A DNA stretch of 64,000 bases from Puccinia triticina (taxonomy: Eukaryota), in contig CP110439.1 of NCBI GenBank assembly GCA_026914245.1, forward strand, positions 3,906,001-3,970,000, written 5' to 3'. Shown piece after piece: positions 11,709 through 23,869 of the stretch. Position 1 is the stretch's first letter; the number at the start of each line of letters is the position of its first letter. The translations under genes and the position numbers were made by a program. Under the pieces are notes generated by a model. It saw nothing but the letters and a program-made list of their open reading frames with translations, was not told where the DNA came from and made no database searches.

Positions 11709-13303
11709 TTATGTAGGTGTTATGATTGCTGAATTCATGCAGATCAATCATCAGTTTAACATTGCTTGAATGGAAATGGTGTCTGTAAGAGTCCGTTTGA
11801 GTAATCTGCTTGAACGGGCTTGATTATTGATGTGTGATAAGAGTCCATTCAAGCAATATGGTTGAGCGGACTCGGTGAAATTTGCTCACCAAGTCCGCTT
11901 GATGAGTCTGCTTGAACAGACTTGACAACATGACTCTGGAGTCACTGGTCTGTTCAAGCAGAAGAGCAAACTCTCTTACCAAATCCTTTCAGAGAGTTGC
12001 ACCAGGAGTCTGTTCAAGCAGAGTCAATTCAGAGGGAACGGACTCTGCATTGAATGGATGCGGTTAATACAAAAAAGTATCAACGCCGGCGTTACTTGCA
12101 TATCAATGCCGGCGTTACTTGCATATTGACGCCGGCGTTACTCGCATGACAGGTATTTGTACTGGTTTGTTTGGCCCCCAGAGGCCATTTCTTTAGTTAT
12201 ATGTAGATACCAAAGGAACAGGGTCTGGGGGACAAACAAACCTGTACAAAATTTGTCTATGTGAGTAACGCTGGCGTCGATATCCTGTACAAAATCTGTC
12301 TATGCCAGTAACGCCGGCGTTGGCATGCATGTAACGCCGGTGTCAATTTTTTTTTTTGTATAACCAAGTCCGTTTGATCATCAATGCTGATCAATGATTC
12401 TGCTTGAACAGACAGGGTGAGAAATCTATAACCCAGTCCGTTCAAGCAGATTGCTTGGAGGGATGCTAACAAATTTCATGGGGGAGGCAGTCCTCCGCTC
12501 AATTGTCAATGGCTTGGGTGAAGGAAGTTGGAGCCGCTTCACACCTCCTTGGCAAGGCATACTTGCGCTCTCTGGAGGACTGCGGCCATTGAGACTGAGT
12601 GGAAAACTCCAAGTCTGCTGGAAGGACCCCATAAATTTGTACTCCATCCCTGGACTCTGTTCAACGGACTTGCTTCAACTCCGTTCAGTTTTCCCTTGGG
12701 GATGTGCAGATTGCTTGGACAGACATCCACACCTGGGTAATTGTCTTGAATGTCATTGATAACCACTTCCACAACAATTCTGCTTCATCAGACTTGGCTG
12801 CACACCAACAACCAAGTCTTTTGAAGCAATCAGCTTCATCGGACTTGGTTACACATCTATAACCTTGAAAATGGCTGATTGTACCCATCTGAACCTTCAA
12901 CATAACACATTATATAAACAACACCATCAACACAATCAACACAATGTGCTTTTAGTCCCCCCCAACCAATCCACTCATCAGACACCACCCAATACTATCC
13001 TCCTCATCACACCTCAATTAACTTCCCCGTTCTGATTAATAATCCTTTGCTTTTTTCATTGCAAAAATGCAACAATCCAATGAAAAATCAAGAAGAGCTT
13101 ATGCTGCGGAACAGCAAGCTAGATTCAGATAAATGCAACATTATTTTGCAGCATCTTCTTCCCCTTCATTTTCTTTTCACAATACCAAAAATGAGGCTGC
13201 TATACAAAGAGGTGGTTTAACAAGATTTCCCATATTTATAATTATCTAGATAATCTTCATGTACACAAAACTACCAGTACAGGATCAATTTTGGACAACA
13301 AAT

Positions 13304-13377
13304 TTGGCAATCAACAGACCCGCCACTTTGGTAATCAACAGACCAGCCACTTTGGTAATCATCAGACCAGCCACTTT
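13304..13377. repeat. 24-bp tandem repeat, three copies
   Basis: TTTGGTAATCAACAGACCAGCCAC units. Confidence 0.85.
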
Positions 13378-13569
13378 AAAGAATACATACCATCACAATA
13401 CACTTCAAGAAGGGTTTATATAAACCCTGATTTTCATTTTCCCATTCCATCAAAACAATTTTCAAGAGGGGTTTCTAATCCAGATGTTCATTTTCCCAAA
13501 CATTATGCAAGAACACCAAATCAAATGCAATTTCAACAACACCCACAACAACAATCCCAAATTCAACAC

Positions 13570-14849
13570 CCCTGAAATTCTAATGAATGAAAATTCTTAC
13601 CAGTTTTATAGGAGAATTTACAATGAACCAACAATCACAAAGGGAAATAACCACTTTATCATTGACAACTGTTGGGTCGCGCCCTCCAAATGTAGAAATT
13701 TGTGCAGTCAAATACCTGTACAAATATCATGATAAATCAGCCTCGGATGTTGAAGAAAATATTGATGGGGTGAATAGATTCAGAGATTATTGATGGGTAG
13801 CAGCTCCAGAAGCATGCTGGAGGATTTTCTCTTTAAAACTATCTGCAACTTGTCTCTCTATAATTTTTTTTGACATCCAGTACTGTACATGGCACCCGAC
13901 AAGCAAAGAATGGAAGCCAAGGCAGAGGGGTTTTTTAATTGGTAGAATTTATGCAGTTTATCCTTCTGATCCAGAAAGATGGCATTTACAGCTACTACTC
14001 AATCATGTCACTGGTGCAACCTCTTCTGATGATCTTTGTACATTTCAGAGACAAATCAACAGTTTTTGTTCAGCTGCTTTGGCCCATCATTTGGGATGAA
14101 GACCCAATGACACATAGACATGCCCTTGAATTGGTAAACACTGAGACAGATTACTCCAAGACTTGATGGATTCAGATCAACCCTTTGGTGGCAAGGTAAT
14201 TGTACTTGGAGGTTATTTACATCAGGTTTTACCAGTGGTGCAGAAGGGAACATGTCCCCAGATTTTTGATGCAAGCATTGTCAACTCTTACTGCTGGAGA
14301 TACTTTCAACAAAATATCATCCAACTTCCAGCCAACATGTGTGCAGCAGGTGATCCTCAATTTCAGCAGTTTCTCTTATCCATTGGAGATGTGAAGTTAT
14401 CACTCAATCAAATAACAAAATCAACCCACCTACTTCTATAGTCATTCATGGGGGTTCTCAGGAGCAAAATTTGAATCATCTCATAAGACTGCAAGAATAT
14501 TTCTTTAAAACAAATCAACTCTAGAATTCTAGAATCCATTCCATCTCAGGGGAGAACTTACACAAGCTTTGATTCTGTGGAATATGATCCCCAAAACCTA
14601 TATTTGCAAGAGTATATCAAAGGATTGAACATCTCAGGGTTCCCACCTCATATTCTTCAAATGAAACGTGGAGTGCCCAGAATAATGCTCAGGAACCTTG
14701 ATCGGACAATGGGACTTTGTAATGGAAACAGGTTGATTGTGGAAAACTTGGGTCCAAATGTGATTCACACAAGAGTCATATCAGGTAACAGAGTTAATGA
14801 TTCTGTGGCTATCCCTCACATTCCTTTCATATCTGCCCCATTCATATAG
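13570..14849 (+). pseudogene. Helitron RepHel remnants
   Basis: ORFs 13587-13793, 14163-14441 and 14577-14849 contain Rep and PIF1 motifs. Confidence 0.85.
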
Positions 14850-15301
14850 ATAGTCACCCAGGAATTGCAACATCAAAGTTTTGAAAAATTGAATCTGTTT
14901 CCTTTGAGCTGTCACATTACCCTTTTACCTTTCACCTCCTGTGATTTACAAACCCCTATGACTTTAACACCCCCTGGAACCCCAAATTTGGGGGCTTCCC
15001 CTTGTATGTATATATAGGGCCCGCCGGCGGGTGCAGGCCACGGGTGCAGGTGTCCAGATTTTGTCTGATTACACGTAATCAGACAAAAAAGATTACACAG
15101 GACATTAGGTATGCCATATGTATATGCATAATATACATATGTGCAATACAAGAATCTGGCTGCGTGGGCAGGACGGGTGTTTGGCGGGTAATTGGCGCGG
15201 GTACCCGCCATTTTTTATCCCAGAATCTGGACACCCGCACCCGCCAGCAAGTACCCGCCAAACCTTGACAAGTACCCACAAACAGGTGCCAAGTACCCGC
15301 A

Positions 15302-15950
15302 AAAAGAGCTCAATTGGATTCAATTCACAATGGAACTTGGGGAGGAACAAGCAAACATGTCCAGCTTCCTTGATTATCATTTGGAGAAGTGGACTTGGAA
15401 ACAAAATAGGATTGGAGGCTGAGTATCTTACTCCAACAGCAGTCGGTGGCCTTGGAGGGTTCTGCAAGTGGTTGTTGGAGGTTTCTGATTTCTTCCGCCA
15501 TACAAGATGATAGCCTTGTGCCTCTGCTTCTTTTGCCAGGTGAGAGGCTCTTGCTCTTGCATATTGCACTACACCCAATTCTTTACAAGCAAAGCATTTG
15601 AGCCAAAAGACTGGCAAACCTCGGCAAATTATTTCCTTTGTGTAATGCTACCAAAGACCTCTTTCAGTTAATACAGCCTGAAATCCTTTGGGATGGTTGG
15701 CTAGCAATGGATTGGGGTGATTGGGAGGATAACACATTGATTGAGGTTGTCCTTGGAGGGGATAGGGGATATTTTCATCATCAGACGGGATAAAGGTCTT
15801 GCGAGGCCTTGCTTGCTTTCCTCCAGGCAAAAGATTCATATTCTGCACTTGCAGAGCATTTGGACCGCATGATTCATGCGCAGAAGAGCAATCAAATAGT
15901 TTTTGTGGTTTTCTGTTGGAGAGCCTTTGGTTCTTTTGCATGATCCTCAT
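15302..15950 (-). pseudogene. Degenerate fungal Tc1/mariner-like DDE transposase fragment
   Basis: FDCSSAH, MNLLPGGKQ, PKGFQAVLTERGLW and FLPKFHCELNPIEL in broken frames. Confidence 0.8.
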
Positions 15951-16254
15951 TCCTTTCCCTACAGCAATGTATTTGCTTGTCCTCTTTTTAAACTCTTCTG
16001 GCAGTCATTTTGGTTTAGTTTTCTGTTGAAACAGTGTTGGTGGTTATTAGATTTTCATGTCTATGTAAGAAGGGGGTTTAAATTTTGTGCATATAAAATG
16101 TACTCACCTTTGAAAGAAGAATGTTTTTCTTATGTGATAGTGGTTGCCCTGCTGTCTCTATGGGTTCCAGGTTGTTTCAGCACCTCAGAAATGGAGCCTA
16201 CTGAGGAATTTGGAGTCTCCACACTTGGAAGAAGCCAATGGTATATCCGCTGTG

Positions 16255-16625
16255 CTACACTAAAAAAGTGGCCTTTTAGCGTAGCGCAGCGGTTGACCGC
16301 TACATGGCCAGAGAATAGCGCAGGAAGAACACCGCGGCGCTACTCGCTACGTGCAGCAATTGTCCGCTACCCGCTAAATTAGCGGATAGCGGAACAGTAT
16401 TATGTTCTAAACATGATTTTATGTGCTTTAAAACCCTTTTCTATTTTTTCTTGGCTCCCACATGGCATAGAGAAAAGCGGTGCTGACCGCTACGTGGTTG
16501 CTTCTTTAGAGCGCTATTTTTTTCTTTTTTTTTGGGGGGGGGGAATCAAAAAGCGCGTAGCGCAGTGATCTGCCTGATGCGCGTAGCGCAGCAACCCACA
16601 AAATCATTGCGCTAAATGCAGCACA
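16255..16625. repeat. MITE-like element with GCGTAGCG/CGCTAC subrepeats
   Basis: CpG-rich island of repeated TAGCG/CGCTA motifs in both orientations. Confidence 0.45.
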
Positions 16626-18898
16626 GCTGATACACCATTGAAGAAGCCTCTCTCCAAAAATAAATTGACCCAAATTCTGGCCCCTCACATAATTTGGGAC
16701 CACAAAAAAACTGTGACAGTAGATTGCCTTTTGCAACTTTATCACTGGGCCAAAAACAACGGCAATGTGCACACATTGCCTCTTTAGGTACAAAGGGGCC
16801 CCTTGGTACCAGACAAGGCAATCTGTATACATTGCCTACATTTTTGGCCTGGTGTATCAACTATGAGCGGGACCCAATGTCTGCATTGGGTCTTGGGACC
16901 CAATCATTTTGGGTCTTGGGGCCCAATCATAGGGTCTTGGGACCCAATCATTTATGTCTCAGGTCTACATATCCATCTCTAAAGCAGGCCCTGAGCCGCG
17001 GCTACCTGCCCATCCACCGGCCCAGCTATATACCGCACCACTTTTTCCAAAAAAAAAAACAGGCACTTGGCACCGCAGTTTCCTGGCGGGTCTGGGCAGT
17101 GCTGGGTACCTTTTTACATTCTCTAATTTGCCTGGGTTTAAATCATCCTAATTTAACTGGGATGCACTTGTCTTAACCAATTTAAAATGGGTTGATCTGA
17201 ACCAATGAAACATAAACTCAAGGGGGGTACCTTGGATTTCCATTTCATCAGTTGAGTCTCAACCAAGTCTAACTCAGTGTTTTTTCTATCTTTTTTTGGA
17301 AATAGCAACTTCTTGAGGACTTGTCTGACTTTTACATTTTTATCTCCTGCCTCAAGTAAATCTCAATTAACAGCACACCTCCTTTGCAAGTAAGCAGCCA
17401 AGCATCTCAAACTTTATATTTTTTGGGGCACAAGGGCAATGGATTCCCAAAATTCTGAATAGACAGTTTGATTCAGAAAAATACAAACTTGAAACCATCA
17501 ACACAAAAAAAACTGGGCAAAAACTGTGGTCTGCAGCTGGTGATGACATTGTCCAACACCAAACTTTGCAGATTCTCTCAGGCCAAATGTCCATGATTAG
17601 TCCTCTAGTCCTGAACTCGATGCTATGCATCTCGGCCAGGCCGAATGGGTGCCCCCCCCCGGGTCGCAGCGGGGACAAAGACTTCGATAGGCTCGTTAGT
17701 TAAGCTCGTATCTGATTAAAGCGTTGAAGTGGGGCAGGGGAAAATGCTGCCCTTGAAGTCAGTGACATAAATACGTAAGCGGTTTCATTTTAGGCGCTAG
17801 GCAACCAACCCAGATGGATTCCGACTACCGGGTCAATTGTTAGGCTTGTGCTACTGAGACGACAGCTGTGAAGTCAGGAAGATGCCCTCGATTAAGAATC
17901 GGGTACAGCACAAAGTAAATGCCCTACGGCTGCTGGCCGTTATAAACGAAGGCTTCCTTTGATTCGGGGGGACTCCTTTTCTGATTAACAGACTCGATCC
18001 AGGCTTTATATCCCGCTTGTCCTCAATTGAGTACCTCTTCCTAAACATTCATCTACTAATCTTACATCGTGTTGCGCTTAAATCTGCCTCAAGCCAAACT
18101 GAAAATCTGCTAGCTTAAGTTCCTTGGTTTTGTTGTTCGCTTCAAGATCGACCCGGCTCTTCCATCGTGCCCTTTGTGGTCCCGTCTCCGGTAGCGGAAC
18201 TCGAGTGAAAGGCAGGTGTGGCTTAACTTCCAAAATCTCTTGAATCCTCCATTACCTCTAACAATGGCTAACCTACGTATTTAATGGTACCGTGCGGTTC
18301 TAGGATTCATATTCCCCGTATTACGAATTTTGCCCTCTGGAAGTCCCTTTGAAAAGAGTAAAGTTGCCGGCCAAATTTTGATAACGACCACACCTCCACC
18401 CTCCACCCTCATCCAAATTCATTCCGACTTTAACTTCCACTGGCTGGAAACTTACTAGATTTCAGATCCGAGAAAAATATTCGCATTGAACATTATTTGT
18501 ATTTTCAGATTCATTTGGATTCCTTTTGTCGCTTGTTTTTTCCCTTTGTGCTACGCCCCATCTGTTCTAGAAAGCGCTTCTTTAGCTCACCAAATCACCA
18601 AATAAACCCGTCCATCTTTTTATCAATTCACAAAACCCTTCGGCCAACACGCCACGTGCCCGAGATTCAGGTAAGTGGTGCAAGTTTAGACTCTCGCGAA
18701 TCCCGTTGGACTTTTGGAAATCACTCTCTACATATAAGGTCACCTCGTCTAACCAAGTGATCTCCTACTTCAATCTACGTCCCATTTGTCAAGCTCGAAG
18801 CTGTACTTTTTTAGGAGCACCATTCCATTCACTTACCCACAATAGCAGTGCCCTTTCAATTTGTATCATACAATCCCTTATTTGATCTATCGTCCATT

Positions 18899-20155
18899 AT
18901 GAGCACTCTTGCATCCGCCGCGCCCGGAGGATTATTCGAGATTGAAATTCCGGTCCAGTCTTCAGTCATACCATCAGTCCTGGACACTAGCTCTTACGAA
19001 AAGTTCAAACCGAGTACGAATAGTCATTCACAGCGCTCGGTCTTGTTTTTCGTCCCTGAAAGTGTCCAAGGAAAACAGAACCTCCCACTTTTGATAGCTT
19101 TCCACGGTTCGACCGAAAGCGGGTCCATCTTCCGCAGCAGGACTACTGCTATGGCTTATGATAAACTAGCGTCTGAGATGGGGTTCATCGTAGCATATCC
19201 CAGTGGTTATAAAGGTAACTGGAATGAGTAAGTGTTGATCTCCGATTTGGTAGTTTCTATGGCATAATTTGAGTCTAGTGCTCAGGAATTTCGTTTCCTC
19301 TAGCTCGCGGAAGGCGGCAGCGTATCCGGCAAAGGTCGAGAATGTCGACGACGTTGGATTCACCAAGTCAATCATTCAATACTCGGCCAAGAATTGGGCT
19401 ACCTGCCCGCAGCGTACCCTCATAGCCGGTTACTCCAACGGTGGACACATGTGTTATCGTCTTGCACTCGAGCTCGGCTCACGCTACATTGCCGGAGTGG
19501 CTATCCATTGCGCTAACCTTCCGACGGATGAGAACTCGGATTGTCTCACTCTTCTCAATGATGCTGTGCCGATTTGCATTGTTAATGGAACTGCAGGTGA
19601 GTTTTTCCTCCTCTGCAAGACTCTTCCAATCCATTGAGCTGATGAACTCCCTGTTGCTCCCAGACCCCGTCAACCCATGGGGCGGCGGAGAAGTTACTCT
19701 CAGCCATGCACCTGTTCCTGGGGGCTCAGTCGGATCCCGTGGTTCACATCAGAGCGCTGTCGAAACTGCGGATTACTTTGCTGGTCGGTTCTTGGATTTG
19801 GGCGTTGAACTCGAATTAGAGGAAATAGAGGATATGGACGAGGTTCAAGATGTTCGACAGTTTCGCAACCCCCGTAACGACAAGGTTTATGTGAAGTTAC
19901 TTGCCATGATCGGTGAAGGGCACTACGTACCAGTTGCTAGTGGTGAAAAGAAAGCTCTGGTAATTGGCCCTCGTCGAGGTGCTGTTCATGCGCCCCGTGA
20001 AGGTACGTACTTTTAACTATTACAAGCGATGCAAGTCCTTAAACTGGATCTCTAAGGCTTCAACTGACATGTAATTCAACTCTTCTGTAGTCCTTCGATT
20101 TTTCGCCGAAAACACCACGTGTTTTGAAGACTCGTACTCAGAGGGTGACAACTGA
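18899..20155 (+). CDS. Alpha/beta-hydrolase esterase, LpqC/PHB-depolymerase-like, ~341 aa, 4 exons (18899-19227, 19304-19596, 19664-20002, 20091-20155)
   Basis: PLLIAFHG, FIVAYPSG..WND, VDDVGF, nucleophile GYSNGG, NGTADP and GEGHYVP. Canonical GT-AG introns keep the frame to a TGA at 20155. Confidence 0.9.
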
Positions 20156-22539
20156 ACTCAAGCCAACTTCAAGTTACCGCCGACGATTACTTCTCAACGA
20201 ATATTAATATCCCTTCTTGACAACTAAATTTTAAATGCGGACGACTTCTGATTGCGGCGACGACTCCGCTTCGGCCTTCTGACAGGAATATCGGAACGTT
20301 GCATGAACTATGCGTCAGAAAAGAAGACGAAAAGCACAAAAGGAGAAAAAAAATGTGTATAAAAGTAAATAGACGAACAATTACCTTTCTTCGTACTCAT
20401 TGTGGCAGATCAATAATTGTGCCCGGTGCCTCCTCTCGCCTCACTCTTTCTCTTTCCCAGACAGTTTCTCCGTAAATAGGTTTTAAATTCTGGTTGTCCG
20501 CTGTTGACTTTAATTTTTAGTGTCAATATTCCAACCCTTAATGACACGACCGGGCCTCGGATTTTGTGAATATTTAATTAAACCTACTGTATATTGTGTC
20601 TTAGATTGGCTTACTTGTTTAGATAAACAAGTACTTGCTCAGATTTGTATATATATGTGTAAACGTTCTGGCTAGATCACTAGTGATCTGGGAATTAACA
20701 TTTCAAAAGAAATCGAGATTACGCTTGTGAAATCAATCATTCAAGAACGAAAAATCAAGGGAGATACTAATTTCATCAGAAAAATATCCTACTCTATTAT
20801 GCTCATTTGAACTTTGGTACCACTCTGGAGAATTTGGCTGAATTTGGTACATCTACTCCATTACATTGTGATACAATTGGGCATAAGCTAGACGGAGAAA
20901 TCTGCCACTGGGCCAAGCGCGGTCGAGCGCAGCACAGTGGAGCAAGGGAAAATAAGCATGGAAAAGTCTCTTGATTCGGCGGCAGAGTGGGTTTCCTGAG
21001 GGTCTGAGGGATTGTGAAGAAGGGGCCAGGAGCATGAGAGTTGTTCTTGATGTGTGATATGGTTGTTATTTGTGGTTGCTGGTTGTCTTGGTAGATCAGA
21101 AATGGCTTACCACATTAGTGGTGGGTGCCAGAAAAACTGAAACAAATACCATACATGGAGACTGAGTGTATATGGTAAAATCCAAGTATATCAAAGTCTC
21201 AGAATTGTACAAAAAAAATTCAAGGGTTCTCCCTACAAAATGACCAAATATAAAAAAAAAATCAAGGGTTTCCCCTCCAACAAAACAGACAGACCAATTC
21301 AGAGACCACCATCATTCATCAAAATCATAATAAAAAACAAGGCCACTAAACAAAACAATATGACAAGCCCGCACCCTGCCACCAAACGTCAGCAAGCTGA
21401 CATACCGTGGCCCACCGCCCATCCCTGTCTAGCAGGGTCAAAAAGCGGTGAGAGAAAGACCTCCAGCCCGTAAGCACAGGGGGGTCCACGAGTAGCGCCC
21501 CGCTAAACTGCGCAAATGCAACAGCAAATGGGGGTGAGACGACCCCCGGCTGGAAGCCAGCCCGGGGAGTCGCCTGATGAAATTGGAATGCCAGCGGTCA
21601 TCTTTTATACCCATTGTCGTCTTCCACTCCGCCCACCCCCTCACTGACACTTCTCCATCCTCGCAAAGCTTTCAGGATCTCTGTGGATTCAAAAAATATG
21701 GTTATCTGAACTGTGGATTCCCAAGATATCTCTTCTATTTTTCAAAAAGTGCTGGTAGTGGAGGTTTCATGGCTCTCCTTTGGGTACAAGGGAGGATGCT
21801 ATGTAGCATTTTATACAGGGGAGAGGGTTGGGGGTACTCCCCGTGGTCGTACATACTAACTAGGGTTGTTGGCACCACCTTTTTGCAAGGTGCTTGCCTA
21901 CATGGCCGGTGTTGTTTGAAGTCCAATTTGAACCATTTTTTCTTTCCCTGAACTTGAGTTTGACCCTGCAGCAGCAGGGGATGTTGATTTGTGAGCACGC
22001 GGTTCAAATTTTCCAAAAACGGCCCAGCATGCAGACTGCTCACCACCTATAAGCTAGTTTCATTACGGCCTAACTGATGGTAATCCATAGGACTGTTAAT
22101 CTGTTTGGTCAACACATTGGGTTCTATGATGCTCTTTAGGCAGCAAATATTAACCCATAGCCCTGTCAGATGTTGTGTGGTCATAGCAGTGGGATATAGT
22201 CACATGGTAAACAATAAAGTGGTTTGAACAAGTCATGCTCATTGTGCAAATCTCTCAAAAATTATAAAGAGCCAGTGTCTATCCTCATAGTCAAATGCTC
22301 TTGAATGGATGCTGAGACGCACTCTTGATTGCGTACTTGTTCAAGACTTTTCTTTAAATTCAAATTTTTAGCTGGGAATTTGTGTAAATACAAGCTCTTC
22401 AATGATCAAATCAATGGTAAATAGTCAATATTAAATGAGAGAAAAACATGAGAATATCTGATGGGATATACTGGATGAGCTGTATTCAAATTTTAATTTG
22501 TCCAGTCTTGAAAGGGGGATCCCATGCCCTGATTGGGCT

Positions 22540-22800
22540 TGAGAGGATGCGGGAGCAAGAAAAACGGAGAAGGGATAATGAAGAATTTATGAGGGTGAGG
22601 GGGGAGGGGATTAGAGCAAGGCACAAAGGAGGGGAGAGGATGAGAGCCAGAGGGGATAGGGTGGGATGGAGGGAAAGGTAAGGGTGTGAGAGGGGGATTT
22701 GGTGGAGGCAAGGGGATGCAGATGGAGGTAAAGGGATGGAGGCAAAGGGATGGAGGCAAGGGGATGAGAGCAATAGGGACAGGAACAGAGGAGGGGAAGG
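22540..22800. repeat. Purine-rich (G/A) low-complexity tract
   Basis: Strong strand skew with many GGG/GGA runs. Confidence 0.7.
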
Positions 22801-23320
22801 ACTTGATATGTTGGATTCTGAAACAGATTATGTCACACCTTCTATTCACAGGCATGGTTGCTTGCTTCATTCATGGTGTGATATTTGGCTTTCAGTTCTC
22901 TAACTTATTGCCAAGGCCTTATTCAATGGGAAAATGGGGTTGTGAAAGTTTGACTGACATCATTCTGCCAAATTCACTGATCTGAACAGGTCTGCAATGG
23001 GGGGAGCACATTTCTGCCACCTCTCCAATGACTGAAGTTTATCTGTTCCCAGGACCACTTTTACTGATTTGTGGTCTTGGAAGTATCTCTTACAAAGCTG
23101 TGTTTCTGAATAAGGCCGTCAAATAGGCAGCCTGACACCAATCCTTAAGCAATGAAAGTTAGTGTGGCAGGGAAAAAAGTTCAGCCTCAATCATGGAGGG
23201 TTTTTTTTGCATCATTTTTTATACCCCACTTCATGGCTTTTTTGTATGGTATGTTACACAAAAAAATACAGAGGAAGAATGGCTTCATCTTCATCTTATA
23301 TTTATTCCCTCATATCTAAA

Positions 23321-23860
23321 CGGATGTACTTCGCGCACTGCGAAAAACTCGTTGCGCACTGCAGGGGGCGTCCACTTGACGTCCCGGCCACAGTGCGCGG
23401 TAGCTCAAAACGCTTTGAGCACTGCAAACCCAAAACTATGAAATTCTCACTTTTTTTCTGCCAGCCGGCAGAGGGGATTTATCTTGCTCCTCCATCAAAT
23501 TCTTGGAGGATTTGGAGCCCTCAGCTGGACACAAAAAAATGATGAAAAATAAACACAAAAAATAACCTGAGCGCAGGCTCCTGCTCCCCCGGGAGCGCTC
23601 CTCCGGGGCTTTCAACCTGCCAAATACTCACGGATTGGGTACACAGCCCCTCGAAAACAAAGTTCGAGGGGCAGAAGCTCCGGCTGCCGTACCGATGGCC
23701 GGCACAGCCCGGTCATTAAGCGGCGTCTACACACTGGATCCCCCAAAGACCGGCCAGGTGCAGTGCAGATTACCGGTCATCAAGGGGAATATGTACTCCT
23801 CTCAAATTGGTGCCGTTATTGTTGCGGTAACGGCAACAATTTTTTAGTTGTATTATTTTC
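23321..23860. mobile_element. Terminal fragment of a TIR element related to 23870-26551
   Basis: CGGATGTACTTCGCGCACTGCGAAAAACTC resembles the terminus CGGACTTACTTCGCGCACTGCGGAAAACTC. Confidence 0.55.
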
Positions 23861-23869
23861 TTATTTTTT

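Larger units (their letters stand above)
3465..12207 (-). mobile_element. Internally deleted Helitron (copy C), interrupted by a Copia element
   Basis: 5' A|TC at 12207. 3' CCCCAAATTTGGGG hairpin then CTTG|T at 3465. Degenerate RepHel fragments: FTFTSLG..GTIHHNIGSLLP, LRNLD..GLCNGTRL, TINKSQGQ. Confidence 0.75.
12208..15004 (+). mobile_element. Helitron relic (copy B); its first 8 bp appear to lie at 3457-3464
   Basis: 5' subterminal sequence resembles 2886-2990. RepHel fragments NVEICAVKYLYKY, PFGGKVIVLGG, PPHILQMKRGVP..LRNLD..GLCNGNRL. 3' hairpin plus CTTG|T at 15004. Confidence 0.75.

Noticed and set aside
17600..17900. GC/CpG-rich structured-looking stretch as an ncRNA
   Set aside because: No tRNA, snRNA or RNase P/MRP signature recognised; an Rfam scan would be needed.
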